Assembly (NCBI RefSeq): GCF_964204645.1
Contig: NC_134032.1
Coordinates: forward strand, 14,310,275 to 14,374,274
DNA: 64,000 nt
Direction: 5' to 3'
Source of the DNA: Tubulanus polymorphus
Lineage: Eukaryota; Animalia; Nemertea
A program made the position numbers and the translations under genes. How positions within the stretch are numbered: position 1 is the first letter of the stretch; each line of letters starts with the position of its first letter. Positions 31,130 to 42,231 of this stretch are shown here, piece after piece. The notes below the pieces were generated by a model that was not told where the DNA came from, searched no databases, and saw only the letters and a program-made list of their open reading frames with translations.

Positions 31130-34100
31130 ATGCCTAAGTCGAAACGTGACAAGAAAAGTGAGTTTAAAGTTGATTTTCTCGATTAAAAGCGCCCGATCGA
31201 ACGGTTTAATAAGACGATTGTATTGTATTTTTATAGTCTCTCTCACTGAAACCTCGAAGAAAGGTTTAGAATTAAAGAACAAACTCGTACAAGACGTGAG
31301 TAACTTTCAATTCAATCAAATATTTTATTGACAAGTTTGTTTTTATGGGATTCATGAAGAAAGCGGTTATTTTAGTTAAGCGATATGATTTTGTATTTTG
31401 TCGACATCTGTCGATAGTAAGATATACTATATGATCTACAAGAAAATTAGGACCGACTACACTTTGACACAGAACAGACCCACTACTTACTAGCTCTATG
31501 ACTATATGGTTATGTACACCATGGCACAAGCGCCACGCAGAAAAGTAACCTAAACTGCAGTTAGACCATATTCTCATATACTTCTATTTTCTTGCTGAAA
31601 ATATATAGATTTCAGGGTTTATTGTCAGGTAGGGTGGAATTATAGGAATCCGCAAAATAGTCAAAAACACGCAGTCATTACAACAAACTAACAAATTCTT
31701 TTTACAACGTTGGGAGATAAGGATTTTAATAAGATTTTAGGATAAAAGAGTAGAGTTAAGGATAAGGGTGGGTTAATGATATAAGGGAATGATATGTAGG
31801 CGCTTTGTAGAGCTGCCTTCCTCTATGGTTTCACCGTAATTCTATATCTTGTTAATTCACACACGTGGGGCGTTTCTGGCCAGTAAGAAGTTTTCCAGTG
31901 TCATAGGCAACATCGGGAATCCGTAACTGTAGACGACGTATTTACGGATGATATCCTGAACTTGTGCGCGCGACGTTTCCAGTAAGGTATCGATATCTCG
32001 ACCTGTCATAAACGCTGGTATCGCGTCGCCCATTTTACGAATCGCTGCGTCCTGTTCGCTGATGCATGATTGGGCCGGTTTCAGAGCTAGATGCATCAGA
32101 AGTGCGCCCTCATCGACTGTGTGTGAAACCACCGTTATCTTATCAGCTTTCAAGCGTAGCAGTTCATCTATGTCGATTAGGACGCATGGAATGAATGGAC
32201 TGTCATCAGTGAGCAAGGTTTGGATTTCATGTCGTATGCTGAAATACTCTTTATCCGTAATTGAAGTCAGGAACACTCGTCCCCGCGCGTTAGCCAACTT
32301 AAAGAGCGATATTTCCAAACATTCCGCCGGTTCGTCCAGGTAAAAGAGAACGTGTAAAAAAATGATCAAATCGTAGAAGTCGTTCGGTAAGAAAGAAGGC
32401 GCCTCCTCGCTAGTGAATTTACGTTTATAGATCACGAACTGGAAGTCGTACTTACTGGCGAGTGTATTCATTCGAGTCTTCAGCTCCAGCGACATGACTT
32501 CGTTCGGTTCAACGCAGTCCACGCATTCGAAACTCACTTCATCGCCGAGTTCAGTCAACGCGTCTTCTAACAAATATCCGTGGGCTGGACCGACTGACAG
32601 TACCCTCAATCCTCTCCGCCTGTCGTCTGCTGCCCTCAGTTCGCCGTTAACAGTCTGGCAGACGGCGCGAACAGCTTCGCACAATCTTTTTGGTCCGAAA
32701 TTATTTTCGCTGTGATTGAGACGAAATGTCCGGAAAGCATCGCTGTATGTTAGATCGTTCATCTTCGCGCCCCGAGTGTCGTCTGCCAATGAGAAAAACT
32801 GTTATATATATACCAGTATTATAAACTTTGTTCTCAGTGCCTCATCGATTATGCAATCAAAGTACTTATTCATCGACGTATTTTAAGATAAATTTTTTTG
32901 AAATTTTTTTTGTCTGTGTCTGTGAAAAAGTAATTGCAATGTGCGTGATTTTTTTTTTACATGACCCGAATCAGGCACCATAGTTTAAGATAAATTTTTA
33001 TTTGTCTGTGTCTGTAAAAAAGTAATTGCAATGTGCGTGATTTTTTTTCTACATGACCCGAATCAGCCACCATAGGATTCCTCTATTTCCACTGCACACT
33101 GGTCGATCCTCACTTGCCACAAGTAGAATCCTCGTATTGCACAGTAATTAATATCCTACTGCACACCAGCGACACCTGGTGGATCCTCACTTGCCACAAT
33201 TAGAATCCTTGTATTGCACAGTTAGTTAATATCCTACTGCATGCCAGCGACACCTGGTGGATCCTCATTTGCCACAAGTAGAATCCTCGCATTGCACAGT
33301 AATCAATATCCTACTGCACACCAGCGACACCTGGTGGATCCTAACTTGCCTCAAGTAGAATCCTCGCATTACACAGTAATTAATATCCTACTACACACCA
33401 GCGACACCTGGTGGATCCTAACTTGCCTCAAGTAGAATCCTCGCATTACACAGTAATCAATATCCTACTGCACACCAGCGACACCTGGTGGATCCTAACT
33501 TGCCTCAAGTAGAATCCTCGCATTACACAGTAATCAATATCCTACTGCACACCAGCGACACCTGGTGGATCCTCATTTGCCACAAGTAGAATCTTCGCAT
33601 TGCACAGTAATCAATATCCTACTGCACAATAGCGACACCTGGTGGATCCTAACTTGCCTCAAGTAGAATCCTCGCATTACACATTAATTCATATCCTACT
33701 GCACACCAGCGACACCTGGTGGATCCTAACTTGCCTCAAGTAGAATCCTCGCATTACACAGTAATTAATATCCTACTGCACACCAGCGACACCTGGTGGA
33801 TCCTAACTTGCCTCAAGTAGAATCCTCGCATTACACAGTAATTAATATCCTACTGCACACCAGCGACACCTGGTGGATCCTAACTTGCCTCAAGCAGAAT
33901 CCTCGCATTACACAGTAATTAATATCCTACTGCACACCAGCGACACCTGGTGGATCCTAACTTGCCTCAAGTAGAATCCTCGCATTGCACAGTAATTAAT
34001 ATCATACTGAACACCAGGGACACCTGGTGGATCCTCTATTGCCACATGTGGAATTCTCCATTGCTGTACTATACTCGGCTTGTTTTTCGATTTTCAGATC

Positions 34101-37100
34101 AGAAATGCAGTCGACAATTACCCGAGAATCTTTGTATTCTCGGTCCACAATATGAGAAATGATAAACTGAAAATAGTTCGTACGGAATGGAAACATAGCA
34201 GGTTAGATATTCATAACCCTGAAATAATTAAATCGTTCAGTTTATCTTAGAATGTTTAACTTGGGACCCAGTTTCACAGTTGTGAGTTAGAATTAACTCT
34301 GAACTCAGGATCCAGTTTCACAGTTGTGAGTTAGAATTAACTCTGAACTCAGGACCCAGTTTCACAGTTGTGAGTTAGAATTAACTTTGAACTCATGACC
34401 CAGTTTCACAGTTGCGAGTTAGAATTAACTCTAAACTCAGGACCCAGTTTCACAGTTGTGAGTTAGAATTAACTCTGAACTCAGGACCCAGTTTCACAGT
34501 TGTGGGTTAGAATTAATTCTGAACCCAGGATCCAGTTCTATAGTTGTGAGTTAGAGTTAACTCTGAACTCAGGACCCAGTTTCACAGTTGTGAGTTAGAA
34601 TTAACTCTGAACTCAGGACCCAGTTTCACAGTTGTGAGTTAGAATTAATTCAGGACTCAGTTTCACAGTTGTGAGTTAGAATTAACTTTGAACTCATGAC
34701 CCAGTTTCACAGTTGCGAGTTAGAATTAACTCTAAACTCAGGACCCAGTTTCACAGTTGTGAGTTAGAATTAATTCAGGACTCTGTTTCACAGTTGTGAG
34801 TTAGAATTAACTTTGAACTCATGACCCAGTTTCACAGTTGCGAGTTAGAATTAACTCTAAACTCAGGACCCAGTTTCACAGTTGTGAGTTAGAATTAACT
34901 CTGAACTCAGGACCCAGTTTCACAGTTGTGAGTTAGAATTAACTCTGAACTCAGGATCCAGTTTCACAGTTGTGAGTTAGAATTAACTCTGAACTCAGGA
35001 CCCAGTTTCACAGTTGTGAGTTAGAATTAATTCTGAACTCAGGACCCAGTTTCACAGTTGTGAGTTAGAATTAACTCTGAACTCAGGACCCAGTTTCACA
35101 GTTGTGGGTTAGAATTAACTTTGAACTCAGGACCCAGTTTCACAGTTGTGAGTTAGAATTAACTCTGAACTCAGGATCCAGTTCCGCAATTACAGAAAAT
35201 TTTGCTTGTATACTATTTGAAGATAATTTCATATGGTTTTTATTTCATTTTTAGATTTTTTTTCGGTAAGAATAAAGTAATGGCGGTCGCATTGGGGCGC
35301 GGTAAAGAGGATGAATACAGAGACAACTTACACAATCTCAGTAAAGTCCTACGCGGCGAAAAAGGTCTCCTTTTCACAAACGAAACAAAAGAAAAGGTTT
35401 TAAAGTGAGTTTTCTAAATCTCGTTAAAAAACTTGTTTGGATGAACCGGAACCGAATTTCCAATTATGTACTTCGATTTAAAAATATTCTGTTAACTCGA
35501 CCGCCGATCACACAACTATATCTGTACTTCGATTTCCGATTTCAAAATCAAACCCCCTGTTTCGCTCCCGGCAGGTGTGGTGGGTCTGTAAGGGACACTC
35601 AATCAGAAAATCAAACAAAATTTACCAACCAAATTAATAGATAACGGGGACAATCCCTATTTTAAGATCAAAAAAGAAAAAAACTTGTGTTCAAAAGTAT
35701 AGTAAATCTTTAAACATTTTTACGAATGGAAGAATAGATTTAGACAGGGGCAATATCTGAGGGTCTTAGTCGTAAATATTTTTAGTAAAATTGTAAAAAA
35801 AAAAATGGCGGTTCTTTGACTGTAGTAAAAAGTTTCAATGAGATTTCATAATGATTTTTATGCGTTTATGTAGGTATTTCGACGACTATAGGGTATCGGA
35901 CTACGCCCGCGGAGGTATGGAGGCAACGCAGACCATTATCATAGAGGCCGGCCCGTTAAACCAGTTCTCACATTCGATGGAAATCCAATTACGACAATTA
36001 GGCTTACCGACGTGTTTAAAAAGAGGTTCGTTGTTTGTTTTTTTTCTTAGGTGCCGGTTTTAAACGTTTCGAATTAAAAAAGAGAAACAAAAGTCCGTAA
36101 AGTTTCCATTCAGCTATGAATTTATTTGTGCGACGTTTTGACTAGCACAGTTCTATGATGTAATACCGCTGGTTTGCTTCAACTCAATTTACTTAAATTG
36201 TCTCTTTGTTCTTGATTGCTTGTTGTATATATACCCCGTATTTTGTTTCATTCAGTATTCCTGAAGATGACTTTAAGAATATAGTCAAAACGTCGCATGA
36301 ATAAATTCATAGCTGAAAGGAAACTTTTCGAAGTTTATCTTTCAATTCATTAGTGTGGGATTCTCTATATATCGTCACAACACGGACAAAGGGATCATTC
36401 ATTTATTACGTACGCATAAAATTAGAATTTGCCAACTCCCCCTCTGTACGCAAAATCGGCCATTTTTTCCTATACATTAAGTATTACAGTACGCAATTGC
36501 ACTGACCCCTCCCTCTCCCCTTCCCCTAATGCGTACGTAATAAATGAATGACCCCAAAGTGTTTCATCAATTGGTTATAATGAGATTTAAATTTTCAACA
36601 ATTTTTGTGTCGCTCATTTTCAGGTGTGATCACGTTATCAACGGAATACACAGTTTGCACGAGGGGTCAGACATTAACCCCTGAACAAGCTCGAATACTA
36701 GTAAGTAGTAACTAGTAACATCCTCGTTCACTTTGTGTTTCTAACTCACATCAGATATCACATCAGGGGCCAGTTGCTCAAAAGTTTGTTAAAGATAACC
36801 AGTGGATAGATACCATAGTAACAATGAACTTTTGATTGTCACTATGTCAACTATCCACTGGTTAACTCTAACCAACCTTTGAGCAACTGGCCCCAGATTG
36901 TTAAGTCCAATTTTTGAGGAGCCGTGTGGACGAGTGCTTAGAGCGTTTGACTCAGGGAAACCAGGTCGTGCTTTCGAACCCCGTACATTACCGTAGTGTC
37001 CTCGGGCGAGACACTTATCCTCATCGTCTCTCTCCACCCAGGAGTAAATGCATACCTGGCCTGATAGATGACTCCTGAGCGCTTGTTAGCCACACGGTGT

Positions 37101-38310
37101 TAATCTATTAAAACTGAACCCAGTAAAGATACCCAACCTAGTCAACATTTTGCCAATGATTCGCAGACATATTGATGCAGATATTTTTTTCGTGAATTTT
37201 CAGAAATTATTCGGTTACGAGATGGCCACGTTTCAGATTCACATCGAAGGTGTCTGGGACGATTCGGAATACAAGAAATTTGACGACCGACCAGAGTCTT
37301 ACGTGCCGACAAAAATACTATTTAAACGTAAGTAACAGTTAAATTGAGCGAGTAACCGCTATTATGGTGTTACATTGGTTGACGTTTCACATTCGTCATC
37401 ACGATATGAGATAATTTTATTCCTTCAAATTTGGCAATGCCCTGCACCTCCTCAATCTAGGTCCTCTTGAGACGTATTTGATCGTGTGTTTAGACATTTT
37501 ATATTAATGATACTACTGACACCAGATATTAAGCATTTTATCTGCGTATTTTTAAAATCTGATCGTCCACACATTTGTTTTGATAATAAAATTCCAACCC
37601 ACTACATGTATATACAAATTTAAGATAAGCAACAAAATTAATTTATTCCCCTCTACCCCGTCCTCTCTCTCCCAGCCTCACTCTCCCTCTCACCCTCATT
37701 CTCCCTCTCACACTCTCCCTCTCACACTCCATCTCACCCTCACTCTCTCTCACCCTCACACTCCATCTCACCCTCACTCTCTCTCACCCTCCCTCCCTCT
37801 CACCCTCACACACCATCTCACCCTCACTCTCCCTCTCATACTCCATCTCACCCTCACTCTCCCTCTCACACTCCATCTCACCCTCACACTCCATCTCACT
37901 CTCCCTCTCACACTCACTCTCCCTCTCACACTCCATCCACCCTCACTCTCTCTCTCATACTCCATCTCACACTCACTCTCCCTCTCACACTCACTCTCCC
38001 TCTCACTCCATCTCACCCTTACACTCCATCTCACCCTCACTCTCTCTGTCCCCGTCTCTGTCCCTATCCCTGTCACTGTCCCTCTCCAGTCCTCTCCCTC
38101 CCCCTATTTCTCTCCTCCCCCTCCCTCTCTCAAGTGGAAAGTTCAATTGAATTTGAAATGAATTTTTGTTTTTTAGCGAATAAAGAGAACACAGCAGACG
38201 GACCGATTGTAGAGGCTGTCGACGACGATAATGAAAATACGGATGAAAGAAAAAAGATGGATACAGGTGGTGGTGAAGATGAAAGCAGTGAAGATGATGA
38301 CAGCACTTAG
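31130..38310 (+). CDS. MRTO4: mRNA turnover protein 4 homolog (Mrt4, pre-60S assembly factor), 8 exons
   Basis: [91 protein letters not shown], then an acidic tail. Exons: 31130-31157, 31237-31295, 34098-34201, 35255-35404, 35874-36025, 36624-36700, 37204-37327, 38177-38310. Confidence 0.95.
31857..32762 (-). CDS. Intronless class I SAM-dependent methyltransferase (histamine N-methyltransferase-like), nested antisense in MRTO4 intron 2
   Basis: Uninterrupted ~301-aa ORF from ATG 32762. Motif [11 protein letters not shown], acidic beta-2 [20 protein letters not shown] and L..GRVFL follow the HNMT-like pattern. TATATATA at ~32803-32812 and AATAAA (minus strand) at ~31618. Confidence 0.8.
   Translation of the reverse strand: MNDLTYSDAFRTFRLNHSENNFGPKRLCEAVRAVCQTVNGELRAADDRRRGLRVLSVGPAHGYLLEDALTELGDEVSFECVDCVEPNEVMSLELKTRMNTLASKYDFQFVIYKRKFTSEEAPSFLPNDFYDLIIFLHVLFYLDEPAECLEISLFKLANARGRVFLTSITDKEYFSIRHEIQTLLTDDSPFIPCVLIDIDELLRLKADKITVVSHTVDEGALLMHLALKPAQSCISEQDAAIRKMGDAIPAFMTGRDIDTLLETSRAQVQDIIRKYVVYSYGFPMLPMTLENFLLARNAPRV
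33090..34050. repeat. 77-bp minisatellite, about 12 copies, each with a CTCF-like motif
   Basis: Unit CAGCGACACCTGGTGGATCCTAACTTGCCTCAAGTAGAATCCTCGCATTACACAGTAATTAATATCCTACTGCACAC. Confidence 0.93.
34264..35185. repeat. 44-bp minisatellite, about 21 copies; same family inverted at ~585-745
   Basis: Unit GACCCAGTTTCACAGTTGTGAGTTAGAATTAACTCTGAACTCAG. Confidence 0.95.
36098..36328. mobile_element. Penelope-like inverted LTR remnant with a decayed hammerhead
   Basis: ~46-bp inverted arms. The right arm is preceded by CTGAAGA-TGACT..AGTC-AAAA-CGTCG and carries AATAAA. Confidence 0.55.
36766..36893. mobile_element. PIF/Harbinger-type MITE family A; further copies at ~27742-27869, 39306-39422, 58309-58426
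   Basis: TIR GGGCCAGTTGCTCAAA. 3-bp TSD is CAG here and CTG at the 58.3 kb copy. Confidence 0.75.
36916..37105 (+). mobile_element. Degenerate tRNA-derived SINE with a CORE-like central segment
   Basis: GTGGACGAGTG (A-like), TTCGAACC (B-like), then GTGTCCTCGGGCGAGACACTT..CACCCAGGAGTAAATG. Confidence 0.6.
37648..38130. repeat. C/T-rich low-complexity tract
   Basis: CACTCTCCCTCT/CACACTCCATCT units with almost no G on the plus strand. Confidence 0.9.
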
Positions 38311-38550
38311 CATTTACTGTAAAGGATGAAAGTAGATCAATTAAATGTAAAGCTTTCATCACATAAACACAAAATTGTTTGGAATTTGTCGAATTGGAAA
38401 ATTTTTGTCTGGCTAGGTTTGAGGATAGCTTCTCAGGCACCGTGGAGGCAATGCCCCCCCATTAGAACACACTTCAGATTTGACTGTAGGAGAGAGATAG
38501 CCTCTAGTCAATGATGACATGGTCGAAAAAGCACCAAGGTGAAAGGTAAT

Positions 38551-38711
38551 ACTGTGGAACCTTGTAATTACAAACTCGGATACAAAGATTCATCGGATAT
38601 AACAAATATACAATTTCATCCTGAGTAACACAATTCGATTAATTTCATGCTAGATAAAACGAATTATCAGTTTCTGGTCCCGTGAAGTTTGCTGTAACGA
38701 GGTTTCACTGT
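38551..38711. mobile_element. Tc1/pogo(Tigger)-type MITE; related ends at ~46884-46940 and 63715-63795
   Basis: TA-CAGTGGAACCTCG-type termini. Confidence 0.55.
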
Positions 38712-39172
38712 GTTTTCTTCCGCGATAGGCATTCCTGGTGAGAATGTAGGATGACGGATCCCATTGTTTGGATCCCCTATCAGAGAAGGGCAGACGTGTT
38801 TAAAGAGGACATCGACATGGTTTGTAGGATTAGTAACGTTAAGCACTTTCGAGTGGTTTTGACATAGACATTTTTAGTTTTTTCAATATTATGGAAACTA
38901 ATGTTCATACATTCATAAACGTGTTTTTTTAATCAGATGTATTTGCCTTTATCCATTGCTTCCTCAACGGATTTCTTCCCAAGATTCTGATAAAATGGCC
39001 TGTCCTTGATGTAGACTTCAGGTGCTCATTTTTATGGGACTGTTTGAGTTTGATATATGAATCTTTACGTGAACAAATCAGTCTACGTGATATCCACGTT
39101 TATCATAACTAATACGTCATTAATTGAAGATTAAAATTCGAATTTTATATGAAATAATTTATTAAAGTGAAA

Positions 39173-39214
39173 CCACAACGTTTCGGCTGTTGACTAACAG
39201 CCATCATCAGGTGG
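39173..39214 (-). ncRNA. Minimal type I hammerhead ribozyme motif (Penelope-like retroelement type)
   Basis: Minus strand reads CCAC-CUGAUGA-U-GGCUGUU-AGUC-AACAGCC-GAAA-C-GUU-GUGG. The catalytic core is intact, stem II is a perfect 7 bp, stem I is 4 bp, and AATAAA follows about 10 nt later. Confidence 0.75.
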
Positions 39215-39587
39215 AATGACCAGACAAAAGTAACGTAGCATATAAACTTACAGCCGTGTGTCGGAATAAATATAAACAGAACAAGTGACAGATGAAAACA
39301 ACCAGGGGCCAGTTGCTCAAAAGATATCCGGTCGTTAAAAACCATAGTACCAATGAAATTTCAATTGTAACCATATCAACTATCCACTGGTTAACTCTAA
39401 ACAAATTTTGAGTAACCAGCCCCAGGGGTACCGTAGAAACGACAGAATTCTATGAATAGTTCAGAATGAATACATATTATGTAACTTAGTGGAGTATGAT
39501 CTATAAGAAGTTATGTACAGGGTAGATAGGCAGCCGGTCGACTTTTAACCACAGCAGACGGTATCAGTTGTTTTTGTGCCTAAATCT

Positions 39588-41866
39588 CTAATTAGATAAC
39601 TGATCAGTGACTTGTTTAACACGATCGGCTAAAAACGTCAACGCTCTTAAATCTTCGGCCGTCGCTGAATTCGAATTCGCGAAGAATTTCACGAGCGTCA
39701 TCACCGCGTTGTCGGCTTCTTGAGACGCGACGCGATCAGTCGATACGGCAACTACAGGACGTTCCGTAGCGGTCGCAAGTTGACGGTCGACGCAGGATGT
39801 TCGTAATCCGTCGGTACCCGGCGTGTTTCTAAGCGCGCTAGAAACTCGCTCTTCATTTTGGTTTCGTAACAAACTTTCATCGGATAAAGTCAGATTCTTC
39901 ACGGGTTTCAAGTTTTTGCGGCCATTTCGTGAGACAAAGTCGCCCTCTTTATTTCGTCCTTCTAACAAACATTTCTCGGCTGAAGTTTGATTTTTCAGTG
40001 CGAGGGTGTCGGTATTCAATGCAGCAGAATGTCGTTGTCCACTTTGCGTTTCTAACAAATTCCCATCAGATAAAGTCAGATTGTTAACTAAATTCAAACC
40101 ATTAGCTTGATATTGGGGTCTACGCGATGCAACCTCTTTATTTTGTTTTTCTAACAAACTTTTGTCGTGTCGTAAAGTCAGATTTTTTGCACGTTTCACA
40201 TTTCGTAGCTCACACAACCCGGAGACTTCCACACCTCCCCCGTGAGTTTGCCTATCCGCGGAGCTCCCCTCGTTTAAATTCGGCGTACTTTTCTTCGTAA
40301 GTTTCAGATTTTTCAGCCCGTATCGCGACCGAAATCGAAAATACCAACCGTTCGAATACGTGAAATCTTTTGAAACGGACATCGATTCGCCGACCTCGCG
40401 AGCTTTCTGACGCACCATAGCCGGCGTCAGGGGCACGTTCTTCGACTTCATCGTACAGCACCACTTAAAAACAGCCTTCTCCATGTCTTCGTGTTTCGGA
40501 CGACGAAGTTTCTTCAAATCGGGATTCACCGAACTGATTTTCAGCCATTTATTCGGCGGTGAAGCCAGCACGTCACCGACAATCCTCTCCTTCAATTCGA
40601 AGCCCCATTTTTTGCCGAAGATCTCACGTATTTTACGCACGTTCAGTTGCGGATTTTTCGCCTTGAATTCGTAGATTTCGTATTTCTGTTGCGCCGATAA
40701 CGACGTTCGTTTTCGCTTCGTAGGTGGCGCTTCGGTCGCTGAGGAGAGTCCCATCGTCGACGACAACATGAACAACTTTCGTCGTTCTCGGGAATCTGAA
40801 AAATAGAAAATTAAAAAAAATTAATTCTAGCGATCTTGTTAGAATGGTAGAATTGGAATAAAATGTGTCCATGTATCCAAAATTCCTGAGTTTTAAAACT
40901 GAGTATTTCGTGGGTACTTTATCATTTTTTTTCAAATGGAAATGAACAGATATCATCATACTATTTTAGCGGTTGAAAAAAGTGATTTAGACCTACAAGA
41001 AATATTTCTGAAGAAGTTGCCATTTGACAGACAACAGAAATTCGAGAACAAGGCTACATGAAGTATGAAATCAATTTCCCAAATATTTCCAAACTGGGAA
41101 ATATTATTTCAAAATTGTTACGTTGAGAACCGGCATGTTTCTCTCTAGGAGTAGTTAGTTTCCTAATCCTTGGTGGTAAGCTTTTTATAATCGGATGAGC
41201 TGTGGTTTGTGAAAATATCCGATCGTGAAACTAAACCACAGACAGGAGGAGATCAAAATACCTTGAATTTCAGAATGATCCGTAGTCGTATCCATGCTAT
41301 TCATTAATTCATATTCTTCATCACGCATTCCGTCATTTTCCTCTTCGTGTAAATTATCACCTGATCCTAAAAATGGAAAATACATTGTGAAAAACCTTGC
41401 CCCAGTAGCTTAATTTCGACCATAAGTTCCCTTCCTTCATCCGATTAAAGATTCTTGAAACTGTGCGACTTTTGTGTTGTGAGATCTACGAGTTGTAGAG
41501 CACTCCACTGATTGATGGACGTATGTCTTTGAGACGTTTATGTCTTTGTTTCTTTGCGTTTTGATTAACTTAATCTAGATCTTCTTTTTATAATTAAATA
41601 TTAGTTAGAAAATCAATACCTTCTTCTGTGTCATGCGTAAGGGGGTCGTGAAACGGGTAGTAACCTTCGTCATGACCCTCCCCCTCCTCAGTAGTATGCT
41701 CAACAGCAGGCTCCGGATCTGCGGGTTCAACTTTAACCGTAATATTATCACAATTCTCGTCACTGTTTGGTTCCTGTTTAACGAGCAACGAAAGCGGATC
41801 GTCTTTCATATGCTGTAAACCTCTCGCATCGATGAAATGCCCTCCAGCCGCATCGATATCGCCCAT
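39588..41866 (-). CDS. CENP-B/Tigger (pogo)-derived DNA-binding protein with two HTH domains and no DDE domain, 3 exons
   Basis: Exons 41620-41866 (ATG), 41262-41366 and 39588-40795 join in frame via phase-1 GT-AG introns. KRKRTSLSAQQKYEIY is psq-type HTH. HEDMEKAVFKW..PLTPAMVRQKA..FTYSNGWYFRFRSRYGL is CENP-B/Tc5 HTH. The C-terminus SQEADNAVMTLVKFF resembles the CENP-B/TIGD dimerisation helix. Confidence 0.85.
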
Positions 41867-42231
41867 TTTAGCCAAATTTGGGCCAAATTTTTTCCGATTG
41901 TCAAAAACGGTCGACGACCTTGAACTGAGCGGAACCGGGTGCGGGCAAATGAAAAATAATGTCGATGTTACCTACTAGTAGTAGCTAATTGATTAATTTC
42001 TGTAAACGAATCAAAAGTTTCATTTCATCAAAAACAGGGAAAACTTGCATTAAGGTAACAAATTTAAGTAGATTTGGGCAAAAAGAAAGACAATTTAATT
42101 TAAACTAGTTCACAGCTTCAATACCAGGTGGCAGCACCAGACGGTGTATTATTGATGATGTGTTAGCTTTTCACTCGCTGTTCACTTTTTCTCAGTTACT
42201 TTTCTACCGGCAGCAGAAAAATCATTCGAAA

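Noticed and set aside
37580-38161. 193-aa and antisense ORFs; likewise ORFs at 53942-54314, 44908-45135, 10864-11088 and 33241-33435
   Set aside because: Translations of low-complexity or tandem repeats inside introns.
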